Positions 49,101-63,006 of a stretch of 64,000 bases of DNA are shown one piece after another; position 1 is the first letter of the stretch, and each line of letters begins with the position of its first letter. The stretch lies in the NCBI GenBank assembly GCA_013239625.1, contig MU053588.1, positions 3,748,799 to 3,812,798 of the forward strand, read 5' to 3'. The stretch comes from Lama guanicoe (lineage: Eukaryota). The notes beneath the pieces were generated by a model. That model saw only the letters and a program-made list of their open reading frames with translations. It was not told the origin of the DNA and did not search any database. A program made the position numbers and the translations under genes.

Positions 49101-52100
49101 CCACCTCGCCGCCCTCCACCGCCTGTTCCCGGACCTCCACTACCGGATTCTCGGGGGCCACTGGCGCAGGGGGAAGAGGGCAAAGGCGGGGGGGGGCGGG
49201 GGTCAGAGGAAGCACTGAGATGCGCTCAAAGTAACCAGGCTGCGGGATCCCAGGCACCAAAGGGAACAAGGGTCCCAGGTGGCAGGGGTCAAACACAGAG
49301 GCCAGAGGTCAGGAAGGCCGGCCATATTCACAGGGACTAGATGTCCAGGAGGTTAAAAACAGGGTCAGGTCTCAAGATAAGGGATAAGCAGAGGAGAAAG
49401 GAAGAAGGGAATGAGTCTGAGGAGGGGGAGGCCATTACCCAGTACAGTGAGCGTGGCAATCTGGTGGTGGGTATCCTCCGTGTAGAGCTGGCAGAAGTAG
49501 CCCCCTTCATCCTCCAGGCGCGCATCTGAGAGCCGGATCCGTACCCGGCGCGGGGAGAACTCCTCAAGCTGGAAACGCTCATCCTTCAGGGCTAGAGAGT
49601 GAACAAGCAAGAGTGAACTCGGGGAATTCTGACCTCAGAAGTCCCACCCTCCCTCCAGGAGCTTAGAGTTCAGCCCTCTGCCTCTTTTCTCCAACCATAC
49701 CTATGCATCTAAAGTTACTCCCTTTGAGTAGCCTAGTTACTCCCTTGGAGACCCAGAAGGTTTCAAGCCCTCCCATCCACAGGACGAAGAGTCCAGGTCC
49801 CCAGCCCGCTCCTCCCTCAGGCCCAGGAGCCCAGAGTCTCAGCTCTGTCCTCTGTCAGGCCCCAGCCCTCTCCTTCAAGACTCAGGATTCCAGACTCCAG
49901 CACTCACCACGGGTACCATTGAAGAAGAGGGTCTGTCGGGCTGGGTTCTGAATGACAACTATGGATCCATCATACTGGTGCAGACGGCAGGTTATCTCGG
50001 CCACCCCACCCTCAGCCACTGTCACATTCTCTGTCTGTACTTCCTGTCCTGCCCCTGGACCAGTAGACAGAGAAACAGGAGACTCACTGAGGGCTGCAAT
50101 TCATTCTTCTCTCTCTCCCTTTGGTCCTCTCCCATCCAAACCTCAAATCCCTGTCCTTCCCCTCTCCTTCAGTTCATCACGCCCAACATATCCCACAGGC
50201 TGGAGTCCAGGAGATGGAGAAAACCTGCTCTAGAATGGTATGTGCCCTAATGGGGGCAGCACAGGGCACACTGGGAGCCCAGAGGAAGCAGAGACTAGGG
50301 AGACGGGTGGTCAGAGGAGGTTCTGGAAGAAAACTCCAGTGGAGCCACATTTTAAAGAGTGAGCTGGAGTTCACCAGGTAGGGGAAACAGCTCTGTATGC
50401 ACCACTTCCCATCTTTCACACCTGAGCACATGACGTAGCTTGTCTGCAGAGATGGCCACACTGTTCTCCTGGTCCCTGTACGTGCCCTTTGTAAGTTAAC
50501 TTTGTTGCTCCTCTCATTAAGGAGGCACTCTGACCCTGCAAATCCGGGGAGGCCGTGCAATTTGCTTGGACTGACAGAATTTGCTAGAAGTGACATCATA
50601 TGAGTCCTGGAGCCTAGGTCTCAAGAGACCTTGCAGCTTCCACTCATGCCCTCTTGCTGCCCTGACACTGTCAGGTGAAGATACCCAGACTAAGCATATC
50701 GGAGAGAGATAACCAGGTGAGTGGGGCCATCCTGGACCAACCAGCCCCAGTGGCACCACTAGGTGACTGCAGCCACATGACTGACCCCAGCTGAGACCAA
50801 GAGAAGTACCTGACTGATCCACTCCAAATTGCTGATCTCTAGACTCATGAACAAATAACATTAATTGTTGTTTAAAGCTACTGTGTTTTGGAGGGTCTCT
50901 TAAGATGGCTAAAGTTAACTGGTATAACACACAATTAGGCTATGTTTCCTAGGATCCTTTGTTCTTAGGTGGGGCCACGTGACTGATTTCTGGCCATGGG
51001 AGTAGGCGAAGAGAGAAACACCTCTTCCAGCCTGACTCATCTCACTCACAGTCATTCACGCTGGCTGAATGTAGGGGACTCCAGGGAGCCCAGAGGAGCA
51101 CAGGATCACAAGCTGGAAGGAGCCTGGGGCCCTGACTGCCTGCCCCCCGTGACCAGCCTGCACAGGATTGTAGCATGAGAAATAGACTTTTTCGTTAAGC
51201 CATTGAGATTTCAGGGCTATTGTTATAGCAGTTAACTTACCCTGATTAATCCACCAGAGGAACAAGGTAGGGATTAGTAGGGGTTGTTTCCAGCAGAAGA
51301 AACAGCCTAGAGTAAAGCTCAAAGCTGAGATTAATCATCGTCAACATCACCATCATCACTGTCACTGTCATCTTCCAAACAACAATAACCATAATAGCTA
51401 CTGTGTGTTAGGCATTTCCCGTTCCAGGCTTTGTGCTAAGGGCATTACCTATATAATTTCCATTTAATCATCACTGTACCTAAACAAGGGAGGCACTACG
51501 ATCAATCCCCAGGTTTTTCCCAGTTCCCATTTTATAGATGAGGAAACTGATCCAGAGAGAGAAAATGACTTGGCCAAGGTCACAGCCTGAAAGTGGCAGA
51601 GCCGGGATCTGCATCTACATCTTTCTGATTCCATGTCCTGCATCCATATCCATGCCTGGTTGTCCAGGTGAAAAGTGTCCAGCATTGATGAGAGGTTGTA
51701 GGATGTACTTGGGAAGAGCCTCAAATGCCAAAAGCTAGGAGATTTGCTTTTATCCTGAAGGCCAGTGGTGGAATTAAAGCAAGAAAGAGCCTTGGTCAGA
51801 TCTGGTTACTCCCTTTTAAATGCTGGATAAGTATTGTTCTATGTCTCTCATATTCTGTCTCATTCATTCATTGGAGTATTTCCTGAGCAGTGAGGAGCTT
51901 TTCAGAAGCTGGGTGCCCAAAGATGAGTCAGATGAGGTCCCTGTCCTGGAAGGCCTTCAAGATTTATGGGGAGGGAGACATAAATCACTGTAACAGCCCA
52001 TCAGAAGTGTTATGTTCCCTGTAAGAGGAATAGGTAACCTGATTTGGGGAATGAGGGGCAGAAATGATTAATTCTGGGGGGAGGAGGAGGCAGAGACAGC

Positions 52101-55100
52101 TAGCTTCCTACCCAGGATGCATCCCTCCCTTTCTCTAGTAAGAAAATCCTGGTTGTGTTTTATGGTTGCCTTATATTCAGCAGAAAGCAAAAATTCCCAG
52201 ACTCCCTTGCAGCTAAGTGAGGCCACGTGATAAAGTTTTGTCCAAATGGATATATGGAAAAGTGTCATGTGGTAACCTGGGGAGGACTTCCTAAAGGAAG
52301 GGACAAGTCCTTTTTTCACCAGGTCACCTTGGTGCTGCCTGGAAATAGCATGTGATGGAGTTTCTGGAACCAAGAGCTGAAAGGTACCTGGGTCTCTGGT
52401 GATAATGTGGAGAGACCAGAAAATCCCCGGATGCCTAATTCCAGATTCTTTTATCTTTGAATATAATGTTTTGTGAATTTAAGCCACCATTACAGGTTTA
52501 TCTAGCACTTCCCAGAATATCAAGCTTAACATGTCCAATCCTTGCCCCAGATATTTTCCTCCCCATGTTTTCTCCATCTCAGCAAATGTCACAACCATCT
52601 ACCTGGTTGCTCGGGCCAAAAACCCTAGAAATCATTCAAGTTCTCACCCTTCCCCTCACCTCTAACATCCATTCCGTTAGCAAGATCTATCCATTCTATT
52701 TCCAAAACATATTCCAAACCTATTCACCTTTGTCTACCTCATTTATCATCACCGAGTCCATCGACACCATCTCTTACCTGGAACTTCAAGAGCTACACAT
52801 GAGTCTCCCTGCTTCCATATCTGCCTCTCCCCAGACCATTCTCAACACAGCAGCTGGATGGGTTTTTCAAGAAGGTAAATCAGATCAAGTCACCTCTCTG
52901 CTTACAACACCATGAGGGCTACTGGTTACACTTAGAATAAAATCGAGATTCCTTCCTTGGGCCTTCAAGGTGTTTTGTGGCCTGGCCCCTCTCCCACCAC
53001 AGTCCCGACCACCTTCTCAATATTTGCTTCACTACAGGGTCACTGGCCTTAATGTTCTTCAAACATGCTGAGCATGTTTCGACCTCAAGGCATTTGCACT
53101 TGCTCTTCCCTCTGCCTAGAATGTTCTCCCCCCTTGATTGCCCCAGGACTGCCTCCTGTTCTCATTAGGAGATAGGCCTTCTCTCACTCCCCGCAACTCT
53201 ACCTCCAGAATACTTTCTATTTCATCACCACTGTTTTATCTCCTCTTTGGAAATTTCATTGAAATTATTTTATTAATTTGCGTATGTGTTTATTGTCTGT
53301 TTGTTCCCCATAACTCGAATATACACCCCATGAAGGCAGGGATGTAATCCATGGAGTTTACTGTGGCACCCTGGTGACTAGCAGTATGCCTGGCAGTTGA
53401 TAAAAGTCTGGAGAGGTTGACACATGAATCGCCCGTGTCAGGCAGGATCTTATTTCAGCCTCACGATGGCTTTGTGACATCATCTTAAACACCTGGGTTG
53501 ATCCCAGCAGGACCACTTGCCATCTGTGTGACCTGGGGCAAGTGGCCTAAACTTCCTGAGCCTCTGATGCCCTGTTTGTAAACTGGGGATGATGCCAGTG
53601 CCCGACTCACAAGGATGAGCCCAGGACCTGAAGTTCGGGGAGCCCTCTGTGCAAAGCTGCTGTTATTACAACCCTCAGAAATGTGCCCATCCACATGCAA
53701 ACTGGCCTGCCTGCACATTCTGGTGCCTTTAAAAAACATTTTGAAGCCTATCCATGGACACTGGACCCCAGGGCTAACCCAATGCTAGCCCCTCCATTTT
53801 ACAGATGTGGAGAATGAGGCTCAAGGGTCCCAGGCAAGTCAGGAGCAGAAACTCAACATATCTTGGGAGTCGTCAGGACCTCTGAATCGCCCCCCTCCCC
53901 AATGAATCCCCTGCTCTCTACTTGAGGGTACACATGGGGTGAGGGTGGGGGGCTTTTGTCTTATTCCCTCCCCCTCCTGAGGAGTCAGTAACCAACAGTG
54001 CCTGTGCCTGGAATATTAATGTCCCATGAGCTTTTGTTTCAGGGTTGGGGGGTGGTGAGGCAGGACTTTCTGGTCAGAGAGGGGCTGAGATTTTGGGGCT
54101 GGGGCACTGGCCCTTTAAACTGTGAAGACAGCCTGGAGTCGTCATGGGGATGGTGCCTGGAAAAAGGGACTGGGGAGGGTTTGGGAAAGAGTGGCTGAGC
54201 AGGTGAAATGTAGAGACCCAGAATCCAGCATTCTTCTCCCTTAGACCCGGGAGTCTGGCCCCCAACTGCCTCCTCTCCCAGGATCTAGGAGTCCAGGCTC
54301 CTTGCACCCTCCTCCATCAGGACCAGGAGTCAGAGTTCTCAGCATCTTCCTGCCTCAAATCCAGACGTCCCAAGCGAGCACCCCCCCTCAAATCCACGAT
54401 TCTGGGCCTCCAACCCCCTCCTCCTTCAGGACCCAGGAGCCAGGGGTCCAGAGTACACAGCTGGTGGATGTTTCCACGGAGACCAAGTGGAGTGGGGGGA
54501 GCACTTCCTGGGTCCTGAGTCAGCGAATACCCAAGGGAGTCTCAAGGTCACAGTTCCGGGAAGGTCACAGCCACCCCCTCCATATCCTCTCCCTAGGGGG
54601 CTCTTGGTATCATGCCTCCTTCCCCCACTTCCTCCCCTAGGGAGGTGGTACATCCCTGCGTCCTGACGGAACCCCCCCTCAGCCCCCCATCAATGGCGGA
54701 GTCCGAACATCCTCGCACAAAGCATCAATTCTTCCCCAGCTCAGCCTTGTGAAGGCGCCTGTATTTGCAGGACCTAGGCATCAGGGTCCCAGCCCCTCCT
54801 CCCTCAGAAACCTGGAGTGAGACCCCCAGCCCCTTCCTCTCTCAGGACTCAGGAGTTTGTACCCCCCACTCCACCCTCCATCAAGTCCTGGGAGTCTGGG
54901 GCCCCAGCCCCCTTCTCCCTCTGGACCTAGGAGTTCAAGCCCCTGGCTCCCTCCTCCCTCAGACCCAGAGTCCAAGGCTCAGCTACCTCCTCCCTCAGAC
55001 CTAGGAGTCTGGGACCCCGGCCCCCTCCTCCCTCTGACACACATGTCCAGGACCCCTAGCCGTCTCCTACTTCAGAACCAGAAGTCTAAAACCCCAGCCC

Positions 55101-58100
55101 CTTCTGCCCTCAGAATCCAGGAGTCCAGGCCCCCTTTCCACTCCTCTCCTGGGAACTTTTGACTCCGGATCCACAGTCCTCAACCTCCAGAACCACAGTC
55201 CTATCTCCCCAGCCCTCTCATCCCCCTCTTATCTGTGAAGCAAGCATCAGGTGGAGGCGTAGGGGTGAGTCAGCAGCCTCACACACAGACATCCCCTGTG
55301 GCCCCCACGTTCCTGGGATATTCAAAACTCCCTGGATTCCGGGCCTCAAGCCCAGCCAGGGGGTGGGGGAGTCCTCTGGAGGTTCCCCCTGGGCGTGGGG
55401 TCAGGGGAACAATTCCTGCTCCGGGAAGTCTGCACTGAGCGCTCACTGTCCTAGCCTCCACCCCCTGTGCCCTCTATTCACCCCCCTCCAGAAGAGCCCG
55501 GGCTCTGCTGCCGCCCCCCTGCCCCACTGGGGACCAGCTGAGGAGCCATGGGGCCTGGTTCCCAGAGGACCTTTGGGCTTGGGGTCTGCACAGGCGGGAA
55601 CTAGTGGGTGCTTGGGTCCTGGTGCCACAGGCCATTGGGTGCTGGCAAGTCTGACTGTCTCCCAGCACCCACCGCCCCCAGAGAGAAAGCTGCCTTTGTG
55701 TTCCCCAAGATGGGGACAGGCCAGGCTCACACGACATTAACCCACCCCAGGCCCCAGCCCTGCTGTGTCTAAGGTCTTGGAATCCACTGCGGAACCTGAC
55801 CTCCGCTCTGGGGACTCAGGCATCCGGCTCATGGGTGGGTGGGGATCAGTGACAGAACCCTCTTCTTAGAGTGGCCAGTCAGAACTTTAGGAGGGAGGGG
55901 AAAATGAGTCACTTGGGAGGAAAACATTATTCGGGATCAACAAACTGTCCCTCCACGAAGCCCCCCAACTCTTAATAGCCTCTTTATCTTTGGATCTGGG
56001 TATCTGTTTCCTCTGTTCCTTTCTGATCTATCCAGTTCCTGGCCTGAAGGGTCTCTATTTCTGCCTGTGCGTCTCTGGGCAGGCAACCCATCTCTCTCCC
56101 ACTTCCTCTCGCCCACCCACCCTGGACCCTTCTTTCTTTTGGCATAAGTCTCATCACCCTCTTCTGCTATTCCTGGCAGAAGACTGAGCCAGGAAAGAGA
56201 GACTACATTTTTGAAAGGGCATAAAGGAAGCCCATCTCCCATCCCCACCCCAGCCAGCTGGGCAAGGTGAGAGAGGAAGGCGAGTGACTAAAAGGGAAAT
56301 GTGAGTACCATGGACACCTCCTAAAATCTGATGGCCAAGGCCATTCAGAAATATCCGATGACAATAAAAGCAGACAGGGTCCTCTGAGATCAGGTACTCC
56401 AGCTGCCTACTCCATGCTTAACACAAGGGGAAGCGAGGCTCAGAGAGGGACAGGGCAGGGGCTGGCCCTGAAGTACACCAGAGGGGCCTGGTTTCAGAAT
56501 GCTTCCCGTGATACCCAGCTCTCTCCCAACTTGTAAAGCCCATGCCATCTAATTTAAAGAAAGTTTACAGAAGGGTTTAGGGTACCAGGAAGCAGTGACT
56601 TTAAAACTAAGCAAAGGACTACCTCCTTCCATAAGTGCTAGAAAAAGATTCTTAAACTGGGTAGGTGGTTATCTTAGGCTATATTCTGATTCTGTGAATC
56701 CAAAGCGCCATGATTCTAAACTGTCAAGATTCTAGATGTTAGACATGTCAAGATTCAGGATCTTCAAGACATCAAGGCTTCAGAGTTCTAAAGATGCCAG
56801 GAGGCTAGAATCTAATGCCAGCAATGTTCTAGAATTTTAAAGGTGCCAAGATTCTAAAGACTTTAGGATTCTGGAATCCTAAAGATGTCGACATCTAAAA
56901 TACCCTCAGGTTCTTTGTTTACTGGATTCATTGGTCCTAGGAGTCTATGAGCCTGGTTTTAAGGGCCTAACAAAGAAAGAAAAACAGAACTGTATGGAGA
57001 TACAGCTGAAGTATCAAAGAGCTCATCTGGTAAATCATGGTGTGTATGCACAAAGAAAGGGGGTAATGGTGAAAGTTCTGAAGTGATGGCAGAAGACTAT
57101 AGAATGAAGCAAGGCAGAGGGTGAGAGGTCAGCTCTGCCCCTCTCCTTGTACCCGAGAGAGAAGCGGGAGGCTCTGCCTCACACTCTCGAGTGGCAAAGG
57201 TGTGCCTGCACCCAACTTGCCAGAAACCCCTTCGGGGGTCCAAACTGGAGTACCTTTCTTTTCAGGTCACCAAGTGCAACGTCCTCATTTTACAGAAAGG
57301 GAAACTGAGGCCCAGAAAGAGGAGGACGCTTGCCATTGGCTGCTCCGGCAAATGGCAGGAGCCAGGATTTACACCCAGGGAGGCCCCCAGCCCTGTGCCA
57401 TCTGGTTACATTCCTTTCTCAAATCTCTACAAGACATCTAGCCCTCCCACATCTGCCCATCCACCTCCCAAGCATCCATTCCCCCCAGAGTGGCTCTCCC
57501 CACCGGGAGGGGGTGATCCGTGGCAGGTATGAGGCACACACAGCGTGAGAGTGTGAGTATGGGGGTGACATTTCCTGACCTTGTCCCTGGTCTCAGGGTC
57601 ACCCTATCTGGGAGGTCTCCAGCTTTCTCCAGTGTGTGATAAGGGTATGTGGAGAGCTTTCTGGATGTCCTGGAGGGGGCTTCTCTGTAGGTCATGGCCT
57701 GGGTGTGTGAATGGGTGGGGAGGGGCAGGGTTTGGGAGGCATTTGCTGACTCCACGTGTGTGCCCACATGTCAAGGGTCCCCGTGCACTCCCCCCCCCAC
57801 ATTTCCCACCAGCGCCCTTCTGACTCAATTCCTCTCCAGGGGCAGAGAGGGACAGAGACACGGAGAAATGAAGGATGGCAATGGGGATCTCAGGATGGAA
57901 GATGTAAGGGGAGAGAGGGGAGGTGGAGAGCCAGGGGACAGGGAGGCAGTGGGACAGAGAGAGGGCATTAGGGAGAGTGGGGAGTGCGGGGGACAGGTGA
58001 CAGAAGGGGCTAGCAAAACAGGAATGGCAGGAAGAGAGGGACAGAGAGACAAGGGAATGGGACAGATGGGGGACAGAGAAACAGAGGTGACAGCGAGACA

Positions 58101-58773
58101 GGGACAGAGAGGGAGAATGGGGACAGAGAGGGAGGGCAGAAATACAGGGGGACAGAGAAGGGAATAGAGAGGATGATGAGGGGCGGGCAGAGTGACCCTG
58201 TAAAAAGGGACAGAAACCAAGGGACAGAAGTGGGGGACAAAGACAGGGTAGAGAGGTGGGGGACAGAGAGGCAAGGAGAAAGGGAGACAGAGAGAGGGAC
58301 AGACTTCGAGACTGAGGGACGAGGACAAGGGTAGGGGGACAAGAAGAGAGACTGAGGGACTCAGAGACGGGCGGACAGAGGGACACAGACCGAACAGAAG
58401 GACAGCGGGGCCAGCCTCGAGAAGGCTGGCTTGGGGTTGGAGGGGGGGGTCTCGGGGCCTTTGTCCCCGCCTGGATCGGGGCCTGCGCGGGGTTGGGGGG
58501 TGCTGCGGCAAGGCGGCCGGGGCCCGCGCCCCCTCCCCCGCTCGCGGCTCCCGGCTCCCGGCCCGCGCTGCGCTTTGTCCCGGGGAGGGGGCCGGCCCGG
58601 CCCCGCGCGCATTGTTCGGCCTCTGCGGCCCCACGGCCGCCCGCTTGTCACCGCGGCGCGCCCCCCGCCCCGGCTCGGCAGGCCGGCCGGCCCCGGCCCG
58701 CGACCCTACCTGGCCCCGCCGCGGCCGCCCACAGCAGCAGCAGCGGCCACTGGAAGCGCCGGGCCCGGCCCAT
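46149..58773 (-). CDS. CADM4: Cell adhesion molecule 4 (388 aa; three Ig domains, transmembrane helix, C-terminal PDZ-binding EFFI)
   Basis: Nine exons: 58710-58773, 49908-50054, 49439-49591, 49026-49160, 48460-48624, 48242-48332, 47706-47878, 46778-46906 and 46149-46258. Total 1167 nt, all GT-AG and in frame (MGRARRFQWPLLLLWAAAAGP...KRKEEFFI*). ATTAAA on the minus strand at 45245-45250. Confidence 0.98.
54230..55140. repeat. MSR1-like ~37-bp minisatellite cluster (ccccagcccctcctccctcagacccaggagtccagg) in CADM4 intron 1
   Basis: Degenerate tandem copies at 54230-54450 and 54770-55140. Related copies at ~48050-48230, ~49780-49900 and ~21450-22100. Confidence 0.75.
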
Positions 58774-58776
58774 GGT

Positions 58777-58809
58777 GCCGCCGCCGCCGCCGCCGCCGCC
58801 ACCGCCGCC
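58777..58809. repeat. (GCC)n trinucleotide repeat in the CADM4 5' UTR, running into an assembly gap
   Basis: gccgccgcc... with one ACC interruption, directly upstream of the ATG. Confidence 0.9.
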
Positions 58810-59034
58810 NNNNNNNNNNNNNNNNNNNNNNNNNNNNNNNNNNNNNNNNNNNNNNNNNNNNNNNNNNNNNNNNNNNNNNNNNNNNNNNNNNNNNNNNNNN
58901 NNNNNNNNNNNNNNNNNNNNNNNNNNNNNNNNNNNNNNNNNNNNNNNNNNNNNNNNNNNNNNNNNNNNNNNNNNNNNNNNNNNNNNNNNNNNNNNNNNNN
59001 NNNNNNNNNNNNNNNNNNNNNNNNNNNNNNNNNN
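58810..59034. other. Assembly gap (225 N) over the CADM4 promoter/5' UTR
   Basis: Run of N. Confidence 0.99.
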
Positions 59035-61158
59035 GTGTACGAGCGTGACCCGCGGCGGGAGAGTGCGGGTGCTGGGTGAGGGCAGAGGTGGTGGGTGACG
59101 GGTGAAGAGGGGAGCGTATGCAGGTGATGTGTGAGGGGCAGTGTGTCGTGGGAAAGGTGAGGGTGCCGTTGGAAGGGTACGTGAGGGTGCGGGTGTGTGT
59201 GGAGGGGAGAGTGTTAAACGATTATGTGCGTGAGTCTGTGAGAGTCGAGGGTGGGGGAGTTTGAGGGGAAAGGTGAGTGTGAGCAGTGTTTGGCGGACAG
59301 GTGGGTGGAGGTGAAGGTGGGGGGTGCACATGTTCCAGAGTGTGAGCCTGGAGGGGACAGGAGTGGGCGACGGGAAAGGTAAGTGTGAGAGGTATTCTGT
59401 GGACAGGTGAGTACTAGGGTCAGTGTCATGTGACAAGCTGTGTGCTGAGCCACCTTGAGAAGGAAGGCCCCAGCCTGGTGTCTGGGCAGGGCTAGGCTGG
59501 GCTGGGGTCAAGTTTCACCCTCCCTCCTGTCCTCACCCAGAAACTCCGTGTTTCTGCATCATTCAGTGGAGGGAGAGGCTCCGTGTTTCCGCATCATTCA
59601 GCAGGAAGGAGAGGCTCTGGTGGACACCTCCCAGGTCCCAGCGTCTAGCTTCCCCACCCTGCTTCCCTGCTCTGTGTCCCTGTCTCTCTATGTGCGCTTC
59701 CCATTTCTCTTCCATCGTTGGTGCTGACTCACTTCTCCAGACTTGGGTCCCTTCTTCCTGGGAGGTGAGTCTCCCTTAGCCCACTTCTGTTGGGACCTTG
59801 TAGGCCTAGTGCAGGATTGTCACTCTAAGAACCCAGGAAGAGTGAGAAACCATGGAAGGAAGGAGACCTCAACCTCTCCCACCATCATTTGACAATCAGG
59901 GAAACTGGTATATGCCAACTATGAAAATCATTGCTCTTTATTTCCATCATTCCATCACCAAAAAATGCTACATCCAGATCCACCAATGGACTTTAGCTCC
60001 CAGCACTGGGTCCTCAGTACCCAGTTCCCAGCATCCTGTCTGTCCTCAGGACCCAAGCTCCATCAACCTTTGTATCCCCAGGATCATGGCTCCCAGCATC
60101 CTCTCTGTCCTTGGGACCCAATCTTCCATCAAACTCTATGTCCCCAGGACTACAGCTCCAAGTGATTCCTTTCCCTTTCAATTCTGTTTACCTTTCTCTA
60201 AACTGGGGAAAGAGGCGTTCAGGCTGGATAATCTTGTATCCTCCCAGGGCTCACATTCTGTGTATTAGGATAGGTGAGAGAGAAATGTCCAACTTGGATT
60301 TGGGATAATGGATTAAAGGGTAGCTAAGAATTGTCTTTCCTCCCAAGAACCTATAGGTCTCATAGTCAATGCTCTAACAGATTGGTATCTCCTGCTCCAG
60401 CTTCAGGGTACCCTGGGGGATGTTGGTTTGGCTCTCATCGATCTTCTTGGGGTCCCACCTTTTCTTCCACCTGAGGACATTATGAGAGTGGTGGTCCTGT
60501 CCCTATGCTTCTCCAGGGTACTTTATCCATTAGGGTTTCCATACAGGTCACAGAAAATCCAACCCAACGGGCTTAAGAAAAATGATTGTTTCACATATAA
60601 AAGTCTTGGATATGGCTGACTTCAGCATGGTCTGTTCTAAGGATAAATGGTCCTCTCATGTTGCAAGATGGCTGCCTCTGGGGGTCACACTTTTCCTTCA
60701 CATTTGGAGAGGAGTAGAGAGGGGGAAAAAGACAGAAAGACAGACTGAGAGAGCCAGATCGTGGGAGACTGAGCAGAAGAAAGAGAAAGGGAAAGAAGAA
60801 AGAGACTTGAAGAAGCCTCCTCAACAAAGTGGGGAAGTATTTTTCCTTAGAAGCCCCCCCCAAAACCTTTCATTGTGTCTCATTGGTCCAGACAATGCCA
60901 CCTGCCTATCGCTGAACTAATATCAATGGCCAGGGGATGAGATTGTGTTTATTAAATTAGACATGAGCCACAGGCTCCCCCTATCCCCAGGTCAGAGGTG
61001 AAATTAGCTTTCTCAAACAGAAGCGTGTATTGGGGAGATAACTCCTGTGCCTGCTATTTTGGGGGCTGGGATGGGCTACACACTGTGAGCAGACCATTCT
61101 TGAGTTTCTGAAGTCTTGGGGTGGTTCAGAGTTTGTCAGTTGTTTTCTCAGTATCATT

Positions 61159-62046
61159 TGTGAGATAACAGAAATATATGTTGGTCTCTGCCCCCTGGTT
61201 CCTGATGCAGAGTGCTTGAAACCCTTGTTAATTTCCTATATGATAAGAGCATCAGGAGCATCTTTTGTTCTAACATTTGGTCTCTGACCACAGTTCCTGA
61301 CACAGGACTCCTGAAACCTGTGTAATTTCCTGGGTGATAAGAGTGTCTTTTGTCCGAATAGGTGACTCTTGGTGGGTCCTGATGAGGGCTGCTCAATGGA
61401 AAGACCAAACCTGATGACAAGCTTGAAATTTTCAGCCCTACTTCCCATTCTCTAGAAAACAGAGAAGGGCTAAAAATGGGCTTAATGATCCATCATGCTT
61501 AGAGAAATCCCAGTGGTGTGGGGTTTAGGTTCTGGGTTGGTGAACATATGCAGGTGCTGGGAGAGTGACTTGCCCAGAGAGGGCATGGAAGCTTGGTGCC
61601 CCTTCCCACACATTTTGCTCTATGCATCTCTTCCATCTGGATGCTGATATAGATCCTTTATAATAAACCAGTACACATAAGTAATCATTTTCCTGAGTTC
61701 CATGAGATGTTCCAGCAGATTAATCAAACCTGAAGGGGAGGTCTGATTTATAGCCAGTCAGAAGCACAGGTAACAATCTGGACTTTCGATTGTCATCTGA
61801 AGTGGGGAGTGTGGGACTGAGCCTTTAACCTGTGGGATCAGATGCTGTTTCCAAGTAGATCGTGTTAGAATTAAGCTAAGCTGTAGAACACCCAGCCAGT
61901 GTCACCAAGAATTGCTGGGTGAGGGGAAAAAACCCCACACATTTGGTGACCAGGGTGTTGTGAGTTTAGCAGTGGTGTGAGAGCAAAGGAGACACACAGG
62001 AGAAAGACACAGCAGGGAAGAACTGGGTTTTTCCCCACCGTATACA
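61159..62046 (+). mobile_element. Solo LTR, MER21-like
   Basis: tgtgagata...ggtctctgccccctggttcctg...taataaaccagta...ttcctgagttc...cacacatttggtgacc...ca; TG...CA ends. Confidence 0.7.
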
Positions 62047-63006
62047 GGAAGAAGACTCATTTTCCCCCCTAATACATATTCCTTGCCCCTTTGTTCCTTC
62101 CTTAGAGAATCCTGATTTTGTTTAGGCATAAACCTTTCTTTAGTAGCCAGATGATGTGGGGAAGCCCCAGGAGTGAGGTCAGAACATACTTTGCCAAATA
62201 TTGTGGTTCCATGCCCCCTTCCAGTGAATACTCTAGGCATGAGGGTATGAAACAAGTCAGGCAAATAAAACGTGAGGGGGGCAAGTCAGCCTGGAAGTTT
62301 GGGGATAAGCTTTCTTTGTTTCAAAAAGAGACCCAAGAAGAGATGGCCCTTTGTTATTGCCTCTGACTGTGGGTGTGATGCCTGGAACTGCAGCAGCCAT
62401 CTTGAGGCCATGAGTTGGATACGCTTGAATGGATCCTTTGGGATATAATGGAAACACTGAATTAGTCAACACAGGAACTGTCCTAACCTATGATCTCCTG
62501 TTCTGCAAGATAATCAATTTCCTCTCTGTTTCAACCATTTTGAGTTGGGTCTCCTCTTAAATACAGCCCTGGCCACCATATTGCCTGTAATTCATGCAGA
62601 ATATGTGGAAGCAGCCCTGCCTGCAGATTAAAACATTCTAAGTGGTAGTCTTCTTTTTCACTTGCTCCCCCATCTTTGTGGTAGGATCTCTCTCACAGAG
62701 GTTGTTTCCCCAGCTCTGGCCGAGTGGGCTGTGTACCATGAGAACTGCAGGAGCAGTGGATGCCTGTTTACAACCTGAAAAACTGTATTTGATGGCTTTG
62801 ATGTAAACTTCCCCAGCCGTAGCAAAGCGGGTTGTAGGCAGAGCCCTGACCCAAACTGCGCCACATCAGAGGAGAGTCTGTCTTTTAAAATTTTAGAACC
62901 AGACACAAGTAGTTCTTAATACTTGACATTTCAAGGTCATATTTGGCTACTATGTTTGACACAGACGAAGGTAGTCTGTGAAGAGATAGAAAAATGAAGT
63001 GAAGGC

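Noticed and set aside
57604..59511. Long ORFs around CADM4 exon 1 (260, 325, 205, 201 and 287 aa)
   Set aside because: Caused by GA/CT low complexity, the CpG island and the N gap. Only the 64-nt CADM4 exon 1 is supported.
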